DNA of 62,486 nucleotides, filler included, from Sphacelaria rigidula (lineage: Eukaryota), in NCBI GenBank assembly GCA_964200075.2. It is 7 parts of 7 records of this genome, joined end to end, with 100 filler letters (N's around TTAATTAATTAA, not from the genome) between each part and the next. Parts side by side here need not be neighbours in the genome. Positions count along the whole stretch, not along the records: positions 8,943 to 17,784 come from CAXNAA020009966.1; positions 17,885 to 26,725 come from CAXNAA020009967.1; positions 26,826 to 35,666 come from CAXNAA020009968.1; 4 more parts are not named here. One strand, written 5' to 3'. Below the pieces are notes generated by a model. The model was not told where the DNA came from. It did not search any database and saw only the letters and a program-made list of their open reading frames with translations. Of the stretch, positions 11,764 through 30,191 are shown piece by piece; positions within the stretch are counted from its first letter, which is position 1, and each line of letters starts with the position of its first letter. The position numbers and the translations under genes were made by a program.

Positions 11764-14008
11764 ACGCCGCCCCCCACCCACGCGAGCCCTCACCTCCTCC
11801 CCACTCTACNNNNNNNNNNAAACCCGGGCGTGCTCCCCCCCGGTTTGGAGGGGGGGGAGGTCAACAGGCAAAAAACCCACGCCTGCAAACTCCCCCCCCC
11901 CCCCCCCCCCCCCCCCCCAAGATTTTGACTCTTCGATACATCCGCTCGATCGGAACGTCCCGTTTCTTCTGGTGAACAAATGTACAGGATCAGTTTGTGC
12001 AGCCTTGACCTATTTGTTATCCTGCCCCATGTTGTGTTTTCTACCGAGTGCAGAATTCCGTGTGGAAATGAAAAGAAGTATGGGACAAATTCCCGACTGC
12101 CTTAATTCTCCATTTGAACGTTGAATGCTGTACACGGTCAGTAACACGATTATGGAAGTGGCCACGAAGTATGTTCCATTTGGACGCCGCACTGCACTCC
12201 ATTTTACCCACCCGCGCCGTCAGGGTTCCACCATTAAACCACGCTTTTGAGGAGCTATCTCGATTTTTTTTTGTTTTGTGAGACACGCAGGTTATTGTGC
12301 TTTGTTGGAAAGGCTCGTGTTGTGTGGCACTGTCTTCTGGGACAGATCGAACACTGTCGCACTGGACAATAGTGTGTGGCAGAGGTGCACAGGGGCTGTT
12401 GGGCTCACTTGCTTCTGCAGCAAAAAAAATGAGTTTTTTTCCTCCACAAGCGCTTATATGACGAACTCATTTCTCAAAGCACAGTCTCTTTTCAAAGCAG
12501 AGAGCTTAAGGGAACATAGGAGAGTGGCAGCGTCGGGGGTCGGGGTGACCGAGTCCAAGCTTGTCAATTCTTGGAACAAGAGACCAAGCCCGTATACGTG
12601 AGACCAAATTGCATAATCCGGTTCAAGTGCTGACGTGTTAGTCTTGCCAGCTCTCACACTAGATCTACTGCAAGCCACGTGACCTAGTTACCTTGACACA
12701 CTACACTTTCGTGTAACAAACCATGGGAGCACATTTCTCACTGTAGTGTCCTACTCCCTCCAACACGTAGGTAAAGTCGGTTATGGGGCACAGATCATAT
12801 CTTTTGAACGGAAGCGTGTAGGGTGCTGTAGTTTGATTCTTTAGGAAGATACAGTGACGGAGATACTGACGAAAATAAATGAAAACAAAATCCGATTTGG
12901 TACTGTGGTCAAATTTGGGCCAATTTGTACCGTTTTTTTTCGGCCGAATTTGGACGATTTGTTTCTGTGTTTGTGGTGAACCCAGTCCATAGCAGGATCA
13001 CACGCTTTCAGACGAGGCGTAGGTATCGTCTATCAAGGATGAAGCGCAAACAAAGACCAGTTTTCCGCATATTATTGTGTTTTTTACCGTTTTCCGAGTT
13101 ACATTTTCTCCCCTATTTCGGAAAACGGGGCCAACTGCTTTTGTTTCAGCCGCTGGTCCATGCTGAAGGCTGCGCCAAACAAGAAGAAGAATGGGATTCA
13201 ACTCAAAAAATGACCCAATATTAAAAAAATATATCATCGCTTAAGTCATCAGACACGATCGAAGGCCCGTATAAACATAACCGACTTTACTTCTGTGCTG
13301 GAGGAAGTATGAGCTATGTGGCTAAACGTGGGAGGATCTCTTCAATCGAAGATACACATGAAACACCACTACATCGTTGGTGGTTTCGTCGAAAGTCACA
13401 AGTTGTACCGCTAGTTGCGGTAGAGTCGAACTCCAGAAACACAAATTTCAAACGTGGTTGCGGACCGTCACTACTTCATACCTCGGTTTTACTTTTCCAT
13501 CGCTCCCTTCTGCTTTTGCTTTTGCATCACCCAGAAGCAATCGCATCAAAGCACTTTGCACTCCCAACGACACTGCATGATGGAGTTCCAGACGGACCCA
13601 AACTTCGCTGTTTCTGAGAGTACAGATGTGGCGCGTGGCGCATGTCCTCTTCATTAGATGTCTGCACACGGGCGGTTTGCGGCAGACTGTGCTACGGTGC
13701 GTGTGGTTTCACGTACGGCATGTCCGTCTCTTTCTTTTGCCTCTGCTCGTGTTTATCCCTCGAGTGCAAAGAACACCCTATTGTCCCGCGTGGAATTTCG
13801 GCTGCACACGTAACAAGGCAAGTTGTAGTTATCCTCCTTTTGACAAGTTCATTGTAAGGCAAGTGTCCCCCGCCTCTCTTTGGTTTCATTTAATGGTGCT
13901 GTAGTACGGTACATCCCCGTAAGTTACTATCGCGCGACCCCCCCCCCCTCCCCCGCACGCCCTCTCACCCCTCTCCGCCACCTTTCACCCGTTATTTATG
14001 AACACCAG

Positions 14009-15217
14009 GTACGAGGGAGGGCGGTTTGTGATGCGTAAGAAGGTCGTCGACGCCAAGGAATTGGTCAGGGAGGCCAAGGAGCGTTTGGTAACTCGACTAG
14101 TTTACGGCGATGGCGGAAAGCCGCCACGAAAACCATAAAAGCACCGATGGGAGCGGGGCAGGGGAGTCAGGAAAGGAAGCGATCATATTCGTAGTCAACG
14201 GTGAACTTGTATTCGTTTAATGCTGTTGATAACCTTCCGGGGTTTGTGTCTTCAATGTGATTAATTGAATCCGAGACGGATGACCCTCCTTGCTTGAGTT
14301 TGGCTGTCGAAGGCGCAATTTGACATATCATCAGTATCCTTTTTTGCGCGACGTGGTCCAGATCTGCGGCGGTAGACGTTTGTTCTTGAGAAATGGAACA
14401 TGCCATGCTTTTCAAAAACGTGCATTTGGGCAAAGCTCGCGCTCGTGGAGTTGTCGATATCGACACGCAAGTGACCTGGCCGTTCTGCAGTACCCTCGTG
14501 GTTTTTAGCGCGATGTGGCGAAGTACAGGACAGTGTTGGCTTTGACAGGGAAAGGTTTTGCCCTAGCCCATGAGTACAGTGTTCCGATGGAACTGGTTCA
14601 ATGATGTGATGGTTGATCATGAGCTGGTTTGAGAACACTCATCAGGTGGGCATAATCACTCTTAGTGTTTCACGGATGCAGGAGCTTGTTCACTGAGATA
14701 TCGAATTGGTGTTTGGCGTGGATGGTATCGAACAACCAACGACCATCAAATGACAGAACCTCTGCGACACTGCCGTGGTCTGTCACAACCCGGTACCAAC
14801 GCACACGCGACGGAATTGTTTTTCGTTCATGTCCATGTGTTGAGGGAGCGAGTGTATCGATGCATGCTTATTCAACATCCCGGCGTTGCCTCAAAGCGGA
14901 AACGGAAGCGTGTGTCATGGTACGTCGTCGGTCTTACGTACCACCTTCTGAAGTTCAAATATCTGTGCCCGACCCAGTTGTCAGCACGCACTTCCTTCTA
15001 GTTGATGACAAGAGAATACAGCCGTCGTGGCGGCCAGGGGGGGGAGGGGAGCTGGTTGTGGGTGCAGTACTCCCACACGTCCTCGACGTGTGATGTACAA
15101 GTAGTCGGCAAGAGTGTGCTCTCGCCCATCTATCAAAAGGAGTGGCTGGATCATGTTCATCGCGGTGCCAGACAGAGGGGGGCGCTCCGTGTGTACGAAG
15201 ACATTAGCCATGGCTAG
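14009..15217 (+). CDS. Probable last two exons of an uncharacterised protein (14009-14087, 15002-15217)
   Basis: Phase-compatible AG/GT boundaries. YEGGRFVMRKKVVDAKELVREAKERL + LMTREYSRRG...YEDISHG*. No recognised family. Confidence 0.4.
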
Positions 15218-16489
15218 AGGCTGCAATGGTGGTGAAAACAACCCGGCGGTGCCGGGGGCAACAGTGCTTCATTATACATGTAGTATCGTGCGCGGGACAT
15301 GTAGTGGTGGTCGAACGTCGCGGTTGTTTTGGTTGTTCGTTGTACATATTTTTTCACCCGTGAAGAATACCTCACGGCGGGGATGTAGTGTAGATGCTTG
15401 CCTTGCAGGACGTTGGATCGGTGAGATGAACTGTGGAATTGATGCCATTTGTTGCCTCCTGGTCATGCAGAGTTAATCTTGGAGAAAATTTGACTATGGT
15501 ATTGCATGAGACTGCGAGTGGTCATTTGTATTTCAATTTGAGCACGTGGAAGAGGAGAGTTGGTCGAGAGGTGAGCCATGCACTTGATCGAGCAGTGCGA
15601 ATGCTTGCACGAAAAATGTAGCTACGACGTGACTACACAGCAGCACCTCTCGAACATCTGGTGTTTTTGACGGCTAGGTAGCAACTTGAATCGTTTTGGG
15701 ATCACAACAGCAGCAGCAGTCCAAAGCCAACTTGAAGTTTAGAATCAGTATTGTAAGGTGTGACACAGGGTGAGCAAAAAAAGAGAAACTATCAGTACAC
15801 CAAATTTACGCCTGAGCTCAATGTTGGAGGGGTACCGTGAAACCAAATGTTATAATGCTGCCAGACCTCTAAGATTGATGTTCCTCATTTCTGTGCGTAT
15901 GTATGTTGTACTCGGAGCAGATATGTACACTGCTTCCGAGAGATTAGTGTGAGTGGAGTGCGTCTTGAAGAGCGAACTGACCTGATGAAAAAAGCGAAGA
16001 CGACGCGGCTGAGTAATCGAATTGTATGGATGCCACGTTCCACTTCGTAGCAAGGAAGTGGTATTGTAGGAAGATGTCACTTCTCATAGTGAGCCATCCG
16101 TGTTTCTTGCTCACGTAAATTATGCATCTTTTGTATGTATGCACAATCTGCCCCCCTATGTGCCGCGCCAGACCTTTGAACTAAAGGTGTCTCGCTTGTT
16201 GAGAGGACGTACGTACACTGTTTTCGAATATCGACACCGGTTGATCTCGAGTTATAGTTGGACAACAAACTGAGCTAGCGAGTAAAAATCTGGTGTGCTG
16301 AGTGAAAGAGTTACATGGACACCACACGCCGCACCCTGAAGAACGAGTGTTGGAAAGATCGGCCCTCTAATGAGTCGTTCATTCAACTTACGTACACGAT
16401 TATATACCCATACTCCCGTTTGCATACTGCATCATGTGTCGCCATAGTAGAGACTTTCGAAAAGGCTTTTTTTGTCATTTCAAATTGAA

Positions 16490-16650
16490 GATATGTCAGG
16501 ATCAAAGTGTAACGAAAAACTATTTCCCCCTGTGTCAAATGCGGTATTTCCTTAACTTCTGTTCGATGAAGTTTTTTTTATTCTTTACTCTGATCCTGAG
16601 ATACTTGCACTCTGAAATGACAAAAAAAATCGTTTTCCGAAACTCTCTTT
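16490..16650 (+). repeat. Dispersed repeat, second copy at ~29725-29885
   Basis: TTTCCCC..TGTCAAATG.GGTAT..CCTTAACTT...CTCTGATCCTGA.ATA.TTGCACTCTGAAA.GACAAAA..CGTT.TCCGAAACTC is shared between contigs 2 and 4. Confidence 0.7.
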
Positions 16651-17437
16651 TGTCCCAAGCTTCAAGTCGTCACCTGTTCAGGAACGGGTGATTTTCCTTG
16701 AATTTTGTGTACCCCAACGCTTCAGTAATTTAAATGTATTCTTTGCATATGGATACGATGAAAGCTTGTTTGTGGGCTCGTCGGACTGTGCACACAGCAG
16801 TAGATGACTTGAAAAGGGCAGGGTTACCGTGAAGAAATGTGAACGCCTGGCTCGTGCAATATCAGCATTGCGAGTTAACTTCCGAGTATAGCCACGCAAT
16901 ATCGGGCTCAAAATCACGGTTCCCTGTCCACAAGTCATTATTCTGTATTCAGTGACCACGAGTTCGGGTTGATGTGATGAACAAATTAATAATGATATCA
17001 TAATAGTGGATGATAACAGCAGCAGTTACGTACATGTGTGGTAACCCGCCATCCAAAACTGTTATATCACTGAAGGGGTTATTTGTACTTTTTTTGGAGC
17101 AGCTGGCAACGTATAGCGAGCCTGTTCGTGGAGAAGCCATCTCACGCCGCTGTCTCTAAAAGGGGAAAACACCGCCCAGCGAGGTGAACATACATACGAG
17201 GTCTTACATCTCGACACGTGACTGACAGCATAACATGTTGTTTGCCCAACCTCTCGTGAAAATCTGCACCTCACCCTGACACAACCACGCATCATAACTC
17301 GCCGTGCTGATGATGCTGTAATTACGTCGGCAAGTCAGTATTTCTTCAATCTGTACTGTAGACAGAGGGCTGCGGGGAAGATATTTCGGGGCACGTGGGC
17401 CCCAAGATCGAATTTTTGAGCAATTCATGGGGCGAGC

Positions 17438-17784
17438 GGGGGGGGACTCATTTGTTGCTCGCCGTGGTCGTTTGACCGTTGACCACGCATCCCTTTCGAG
17501 ACGGAGCACCAGTCCTACTCCTAATAGAGACACCCCCAACATTTCGGCGTTCATTACGTTTGTTCCATACATAACACAAAAACCTTTTACATAATAATAA
17601 TCTTATCCCGTTCGTGTTTCGCCCTCTCTGGCCACCATCTATCCCCTAGTACGAGTATAGCCATCGTTTTCTCCCTACTGTCTAATGCATCAAACGATTT
17701 CATGCCACCTTCGTTCACGTCCCGCATTTCCCCCTCTAGCACGTCCCGTTCCTCCTTGCATAGTTCACATTCTGCCACTATATG
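17438..17784 (-). mobile_element. LINE 3' end (family A): ORF2 C-terminus plus poly(C)-ended 3' UTR
   Basis: HIVAECELCKEERDVLE..MKSFDALDSREKTMAIL..GDRWWP, then GTGCTCCGTCTCGAAAGGGATGCGTGGTCAA..GCAACAAATGAGT-CCCCCCCC. Homologous to 61994-62375. Confidence 0.75.
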
Positions 17785-17884
17785 NNNNNNNNNNNNNNNN
17801 NNNNNNNNNNNNNNNNNNNNNNNNNNNNTTAATTAATTAANNNNNNNNNNNNNNNNNNNNNNNNNNNNNNNNNNNNNNNNNNNN
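17785..17884. other. Artificial contig linker
   Basis: N44-TTAATTAATTAA-N44. Confidence 0.98.
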
Positions 17885-18749
17885 CAACTCGTCTGTGTCG
17901 ATGAGATATTGCTTTTGGAGCTTAAATCCGTTTTTAGGCTGGCCCAGCTCGTATCGATTCCCAGAGATTTTTATGTCTTGGAATTGACGTTCCATCACAC
18001 ACTCCTCTCAAACAAATGTAGTACAGTCAGTGCAAAAGTAGCTGTGCATTTTGTATGTACAGTACCGTAGCAATAGCATAGCTGCTGCAGCACTCTGTGC
18101 ATCCTCTTCATGACCGTAGGACCAGGGACAGACAGTATAGTGCTTTTACCCCAGCAGCGTTACTACTATAAAATAGCATGATGTCGCCCCTGCTGGCTGC
18201 GTTGACTGCTCGTATCGTTTCATGCTCGTTGTGCCCGCCACCGATTGCGAACTCTGTAGCATTCTGTGCACTAACGCTTGCGACACTGCTACCGTACCAA
18301 GCGGCGGTCGGCTGAAGTAAGAGTTGATACGCCTGTCATTTCGATCCCTATTTTACCAATACTTTAGCTACAGTGTGTGTTGCCATCACATCTATCCTGT
18401 ACCTCGACGGGATTATTTACATGTTAGTTTACCGCAGGTGGCATGAGCACAAAATGCGAATGATGATCACCACCACCGTCGTCTGCACGCAGGCTAGATG
18501 ATGGCCTCGGGTGTACAATCCCCAGAATTTTTTCATAGACGAAGAGGTGGGGTTTTGAAAACTGATTTCTCAGAGACTTTTTTTCAGTCTAAAAGAAGCG
18601 GCTTAACAAGGCAAGTGAGGGTGACTTCGTGAGAATGATGGTGGAATGACGATCCACAATTTCATCATCACGAGAAATATGACGCCGTTCCAATCTAGAG
18701 GCAAAATATGGTGGTACGTGGTGAAAGTGCAGTGACAGTAACAACGTGC

Positions 18750-18945
18750 GATAAGACCAGCGATTTCCCAGTAGAGCGGCAATGACGCGCAACGTGTATG
18801 GGCATTGTCGCGGATCGAAACGGGGACCGCCTTCCGCACGGGAAGGAGAAGCAGCAGTAGTAGCAGCGGCAGCAGCAGCAGCAGCAGCATCTTGACTACC
18901 AGCAGATGTGCGCTGTTGGGGTGGGGCTAAATCGGCCGGGGCCAA

Positions 18946-18977
<32 letters not shown>

Positions 18978-19075
18978 TCTTCCTCGTGCGAGAGACGTGC
19001 CGCGTTTCGACCATGCGACAACGCCCACGCACCCTGCGCGTGATTGCCACCCTGCTGGGAATCGCTGGTACTAAC
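18750..19075. repeat. Imperfect inverted repeat with (CAG)n/(CTG)n arms
   Basis: 18755-18890 (ACCAGCGATTTCCCAG..GGCAATGACGCGCA..TTGTCGC..TCGAAACG..GCAGCAGCAT) is the reverse complement of 18944-19070. Confidence 0.8.
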
Positions 19076-19898
19076 TCGCCTTGGTCCACGCTTGCTCATC
19101 CGGCGAAGTGCTGGTAGACATAGCTGTGCGCATATCTTTTTGCGAGCTGTGCACGTCGCACGTCGGGTGTGTACGCGTGGCTACTGCTGGTGATGGGAAA
19201 GCCAGCTGTGCGCCCCATGAGGTGCCCAACAGCCCATCCCTTGCAACCATGTGACGTTCCTCTTCGCGTTCTCACGCGAATGTTCATCCGCTCTCACGAA
19301 AATGAATTCCCAAATGATCGATTTTCGTGAAAGTGATTTCAGGGGAGATGGGAATTTGGCATCAAATCACAATCAATCGGGAACACCAAAACAAAAAATG
19401 CCAAACCTCCAGAATCACCAGCACTCTCCCGTCGCGTTCTCACGTTTCTAGTCTCGTTAACCCTTTTGGGACCGACCCCCCACTAGCACGGGATTGACTA
19501 TGTGTTGGTGAAATAATAGAAAACTAGTGGGGAGCCACGGCTAAAACCGTCCTGTATGGCAACCAATCTGTATTTGTGCAAATATGAGGATTTCAGCCTG
19601 TGTACATCCGATTTTCTCTCGTGGATTGATCTTTCGGGCCCCAGTCTGTTGGGCAGTGCTTTTCGCCTAGCTTTGAGAAAACCAGATCAATTCTCCGATT
19701 CTCTGGATGCTGACTTTTGGTTTATCGCCTTCCTGCTCAGATCGGAAGACTCCCGAGCGCTCGCTTCACTTTTGCAAGCGCTGTTGGAGTTCTTCCCACC
19801 TCGCTGGTCTTGTACAATCGACAGCTTTCTTGTCTACTGCAAACATTCCACTTTATGAACCCGCTGACCACGCTGCTGTAATTCGTATGTTCCTACAG

Positions 19899-26192
<6,294 letters not shown>

Positions 26193-26725
26193 ACATCCTT
26201 GGTTCCGAACCCGACATTCGACAACTGGACCCATCTTCGTACGGAAGCGGTACTGCTGTGACGCTGAGCGGAGCAAACATTGCGTGTTTTACCCTGGTAT
26301 TCGACGCTATGCTGTTAGAGCATTTACTTGTGGTGGACAGCATCTATAAACCTACCGCGTGGGTGTGTCCCGGCGTTCGGTCGTCATTCGCGTACGCCTA
26401 AGAGGAATACTTTTCAGAGCGTGTATTTGTGAATCGACTGGCACTACCAACTGTGTTGAACGCGATAGCACTCTCCTCCGTTCCCCGTCCTCCGACGAAA
26501 ACCATGACCGGTCTTGTCGGTACGGCGTGGGGATGGTCTTTTCGGCGGGTGTAGGGCCGGAATCACCTTCAAGAAGTCATTCCTTCTCACTACCACCCTT
26601 GACCCAGGCCGTGGTGTGGTACTAGAGTTGGGTAGGCGCGGTGCTCATCAGGCACACTCACCCCTGTTCTAATCCAACAGTGTAAATGTCAACACCCTGA
26701 GTGCTGGCATATCCTGGGCTACAAG

Positions 26726-26825
26726 NNNNNNNNNNNNNNNNNNNNNNNNNNNNNNNNNNNNNNNNNNNNTTAATTAATTAANNNNNNNNNNNNNNNNNNN
26801 NNNNNNNNNNNNNNNNNNNNNNNNN
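26726..26825. other. Artificial contig linker
   Basis: N44-TTAATTAATTAA-N44. Confidence 0.98.
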
Positions 26826-26883
26826 CCCCAACTCAACCATCAGAAGGTTACGAGGTTACCAACTGAGCCACCGGGGCGACCGG
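26826..26883 (-). mobile_element. tRNA-derived SINE head (truncated by the contig end)
   Basis: Reverse complement GGTCGCCCCGGTGGCTCAGTTGGTAACCTCGTAACCTTCTGATGGTTGAGTTGGGG matches 53480-53535. Contains an A box. Confidence 0.7.
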
Positions 26884-28345
26884 CAAAGCCTCTAGGTCTT
26901 GCAAATCCCCCAAAGCCACCGCGAAGAACGCACACGGCACCACATTTTCAACAGAGAGCCGCGCTACAGAATAAACAGGAAACGCACAGTCGACGGTTCC
27001 CGTGCCAAATACAATGGAAGCCCCGAAGGCATAAAAAGTAACACGGTACATCAAGCAAGCCATCACAGCGTGTACACTCGGGAAGACAACATTACGATAT
27101 GACGAGACAGAGTCGATCTGACCTCGGCCCTCATCGCTGGGTTTGCACTCTGTTGGTGGGGGGCGAAAAGCATAATGAGTACGTCTGTTTGAGTGCGACG
27201 GTGTGTTTCTCATGGATCAACAATTCACTTCCCCCCCTCTCGACTCGTTTTCAACGTGCTTCTCTGCCAAATTTATTGAGGGTCTGTGCACCACAACCGG
27301 ACGTTGCTATGCGTATACTGTATATGCCAGCTCTGGGATAGTGGGAGTTGCAGGGGAATCCTTGTGGGTACAGAAAGACCTGATATCCGGGGGATTCTCG
27401 TTTTGAACGTGGAAATAAATTATCACTTAGACGTTAACTCGTGATAGTGTGTAGACATACGTGGCCAGCCTGTGAAAAAATAATGCAACCCTCGCGCCTG
27501 AAGCCATTTATCCGGAAAGGTGTTGAGACCGATCCTCCGACTATCCTCCGTTCATGATTTTTTTTTTCCAAGCTATGGTGTCGTTCTGCTTCTAGTTTAA
27601 TGCTGTAGCAAATGTTCTTAGTCCTGGAGAGAGGTTATCATGGGTAAAAGTACATGATCAGATGCAGAGATTCCGGAGTATTACTGTGCAATTTTGAACG
27701 GGACCGACCTTGTATTTCTTTGCTTTTCCTTCCCCCTTTTCTTCTTTTACCCTCGTTTTGGTTCAGTTTTCTCCATTTGTTGTACCTTCATTCCCCCCCC
27801 CCAAAAAAAAAAACTTCTCTCCCGAGTTTTCCTCAGCAGAACTTTCGTTTTGTTTCACTTATCACAGGGTACGTCTGCCTTCGGGCCACGGCTACATCCC
27901 GCGGGGACCGGTCAACGTACGACAAAACATTTTTCGGGGTCGGGGGGGGGGGGGGGGGGGGGGGGGGGGTTTTCACCCCCTGTAAAATATTTGCCCAAAA
28001 GTCCGAAAAAAAAAAAAAAGTACTGCTTAAAATATAGGNNNNNNNNNNTACGCCGCGCGGGGGCCGTGGAACGAACACAAAAAAGTTTTGTGGGGGGGGG
28101 GGGGGGGGGGGGGGGGAGGTCGGAGCTGTTCACACCCTGTACAATATATGCTCAATAGTCGCAATAGACAGAAAATGTACTGCTTAAAGTATAGGCCTAT
28201 TGCAACTGTTGTCCATTATAAGGGGCTCAATTATCCCCAAACTTGCGATATTCCAAAAAGCAGCAATTGTTACAATGAACCGCATGATACTGTACCAAGC
28301 GCGAGCGTCACAGCGAGCATGGTGCCGAAAACGGGAGCAACGCAC

Positions 28346-29298
28346 CTTGACCTGAGAGCGCTTGAGAACCGGATCACCGAAATAACTGGCTGTCTCGTTG
28401 ATAGAGGTCAGCACCTGCTCCATCTCTTCTTGCCGTATTTTCCCCGTGTCGTCCATGTCACATAGCTCGAACGAAACTGGTGATTGTGCGCATGAGCCAC
28501 ACACCATAGACGAGACAAAACGTAGAGAAAAGACGGAAGCATGAGGGACGGTATGTTCTCGCGTCAATGTCTCCTGGAGTGATACTTGACATTAGCTTGG
28601 AGTTTGCGCGCAAAACACCATACTGTACGGCAAATTCCGAGCATTGCAATCCGCGCTCTCATCAAGCTAGTATTGTTTTTTTTTACGTCATTCCCTGATC
28701 GCAATAAATAGATGCCTATTTCGTACACTTACTAGCAACGACAAGGTATGGAAAGTGGACATACCCTTCGCCGTCGGGCTGGAAATGGCACGAACTTTTC
28801 GGCCAAGACACCTGTGTCCTTCGTATGCATGAACTTGATAAGAGACCGGAACGAAAAAGATCGAGAATTGAATATGCCATTTTTTCTCAACGGATGGACT
28901 GACGGGGATGCCGTCAAAAAGACGGACGCCTCCGTGGAATCCCCCCTCTACGAGGAAAAACCGCCAAAAACAGACCGCCAATCATGCAAGCAACGCACCA
29001 GAAACCGCATACTATATTGAAAAACAATTTCAAAACTCTGGAAAATAATATATTCGGTCGTAATTCAGCGCATCACGTATGTCTCCTCGACCCCCCCTCC
29101 CCCCGTGAAAATTGACTTTACGACTTCACAAACTCACATACGAGCTTCTCTTCTACCGTCCCATGACACAGCGGGGCAAGCCCAGCAACGAATTCTTTGT
29201 AGTTGATCTGGTCATTGCCAGTCTTATCGAACATGCTAAAGAGTCGATCCAGTATCTCCGTGTCAGATTCCATGATGCCCGCCAGTTCCAGTGCCTCT
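28346..29298 (-). CDS. EF-hand calcium sensor (calcineurin B/CBL/NCS-like), two internal exons
   Basis: Exons 29298-29138 and 28476-28346 splice in phase: EALELAGIMESDTEILDRLFSMFDKTGNDQINYKEFVAGLAPLCHGTVEEKLVF-SFELCDMDDTGKIRQEEMEQVL. Two EF-hand loops and the G..EEKL.F.F motif. Confidence 0.88.
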
Positions 29299-29893
29299 CT
29301 GTCGGCCAAGGCACGAAAGACAAAGTAGCAAAGGGAAAATGGCATGTGAGCTGACAAAACGTTTTTTTGCTATACGCGATCCTGAGCGCTCTTTTAATGG
29401 TCGATACTACACAACACTCGCAACAAACTTCAAGCTTGTGTTCTGTAGGGGATAATACCGGCTGAAATTCGGGTACATATAGAAGCATGTGATATCATTT
29501 TCATCGCCGAATATCCTTCCGAACAACAGCATATTATTCGAAACCAGGCTCGACATCCTGCCGGATCACGTCGGAATATTCGTCGGAATGTTCAATGCAC
29601 ATTCCGGTCTGGTTTAGTATGCCAACCAAAAATCACCCACTGCCGGGTATACCCTATAATACAGAACACAACGTTGGGACATCGGAGAGTTTGGGAAAAG
29701 GATCTTTGTCATTCCAGAGTGCAGATATCTCCGGATGAGATTGTAACGATTTTTTGTTTTCCCCTTCTGTCAAATGTGGTATCCCCTTAACTTTTTTTTC
29801 GGTGAGTTTTATTTATTCATCATGTCCTCTGATCCTGATATATTTGCACTCTGAAAGGACAAAAGAGCGTTCTCCGAAACTCCATGTTCATCA

Positions 29894-30191
29894 ACGATGT
29901 TTTCGTGAGATTGAGGGTAGAGCGTTGATTGAGAGTGGTTTTGATCATTCGCCTCGACTCGACCAATTTCTCATTTTGGTATACAGTTCTGTGCTTGTTA
30001 CACTGGCGTGTGCTTACAGCTACACATCGATATCCTACTGAGGGATGTCAAGGGCTTCAGTGGCAAGAAACTGCAGAAAGCATATCCGGCCTCATGGAGG
30101 GGCATTTCGGAACTGAAACTATTCATTCAGTAATTGACCGCTTTTCACTCTCAATCGTGTTCTCTACTCCCAATCTCACGGAAACGCTGTT
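29894..30191. mobile_element. ~295-bp MITE-like element with terminal inverted repeats
   Basis: AACGATGTTTTCGTGAGATTGAGGGTAGAG ... CTCTACTCCCAATCTCACGGAAACGCTGTT. Second copy at 38624-38921 and a partial TIR at ~36622-36670. Confidence 0.8.

Noticed and set aside
11640-11925. Apparent tandem duplication around a 10-N gap with long C runs
   Set aside because: The same segment is read twice, with quality decay after a homopolymer. Scaffolding/sequencing artefact.
27885-28200. Duplicate segment around a 10-N gap with long G runs
   Set aside because: Overlapping low-quality contig ends, not a true duplication.
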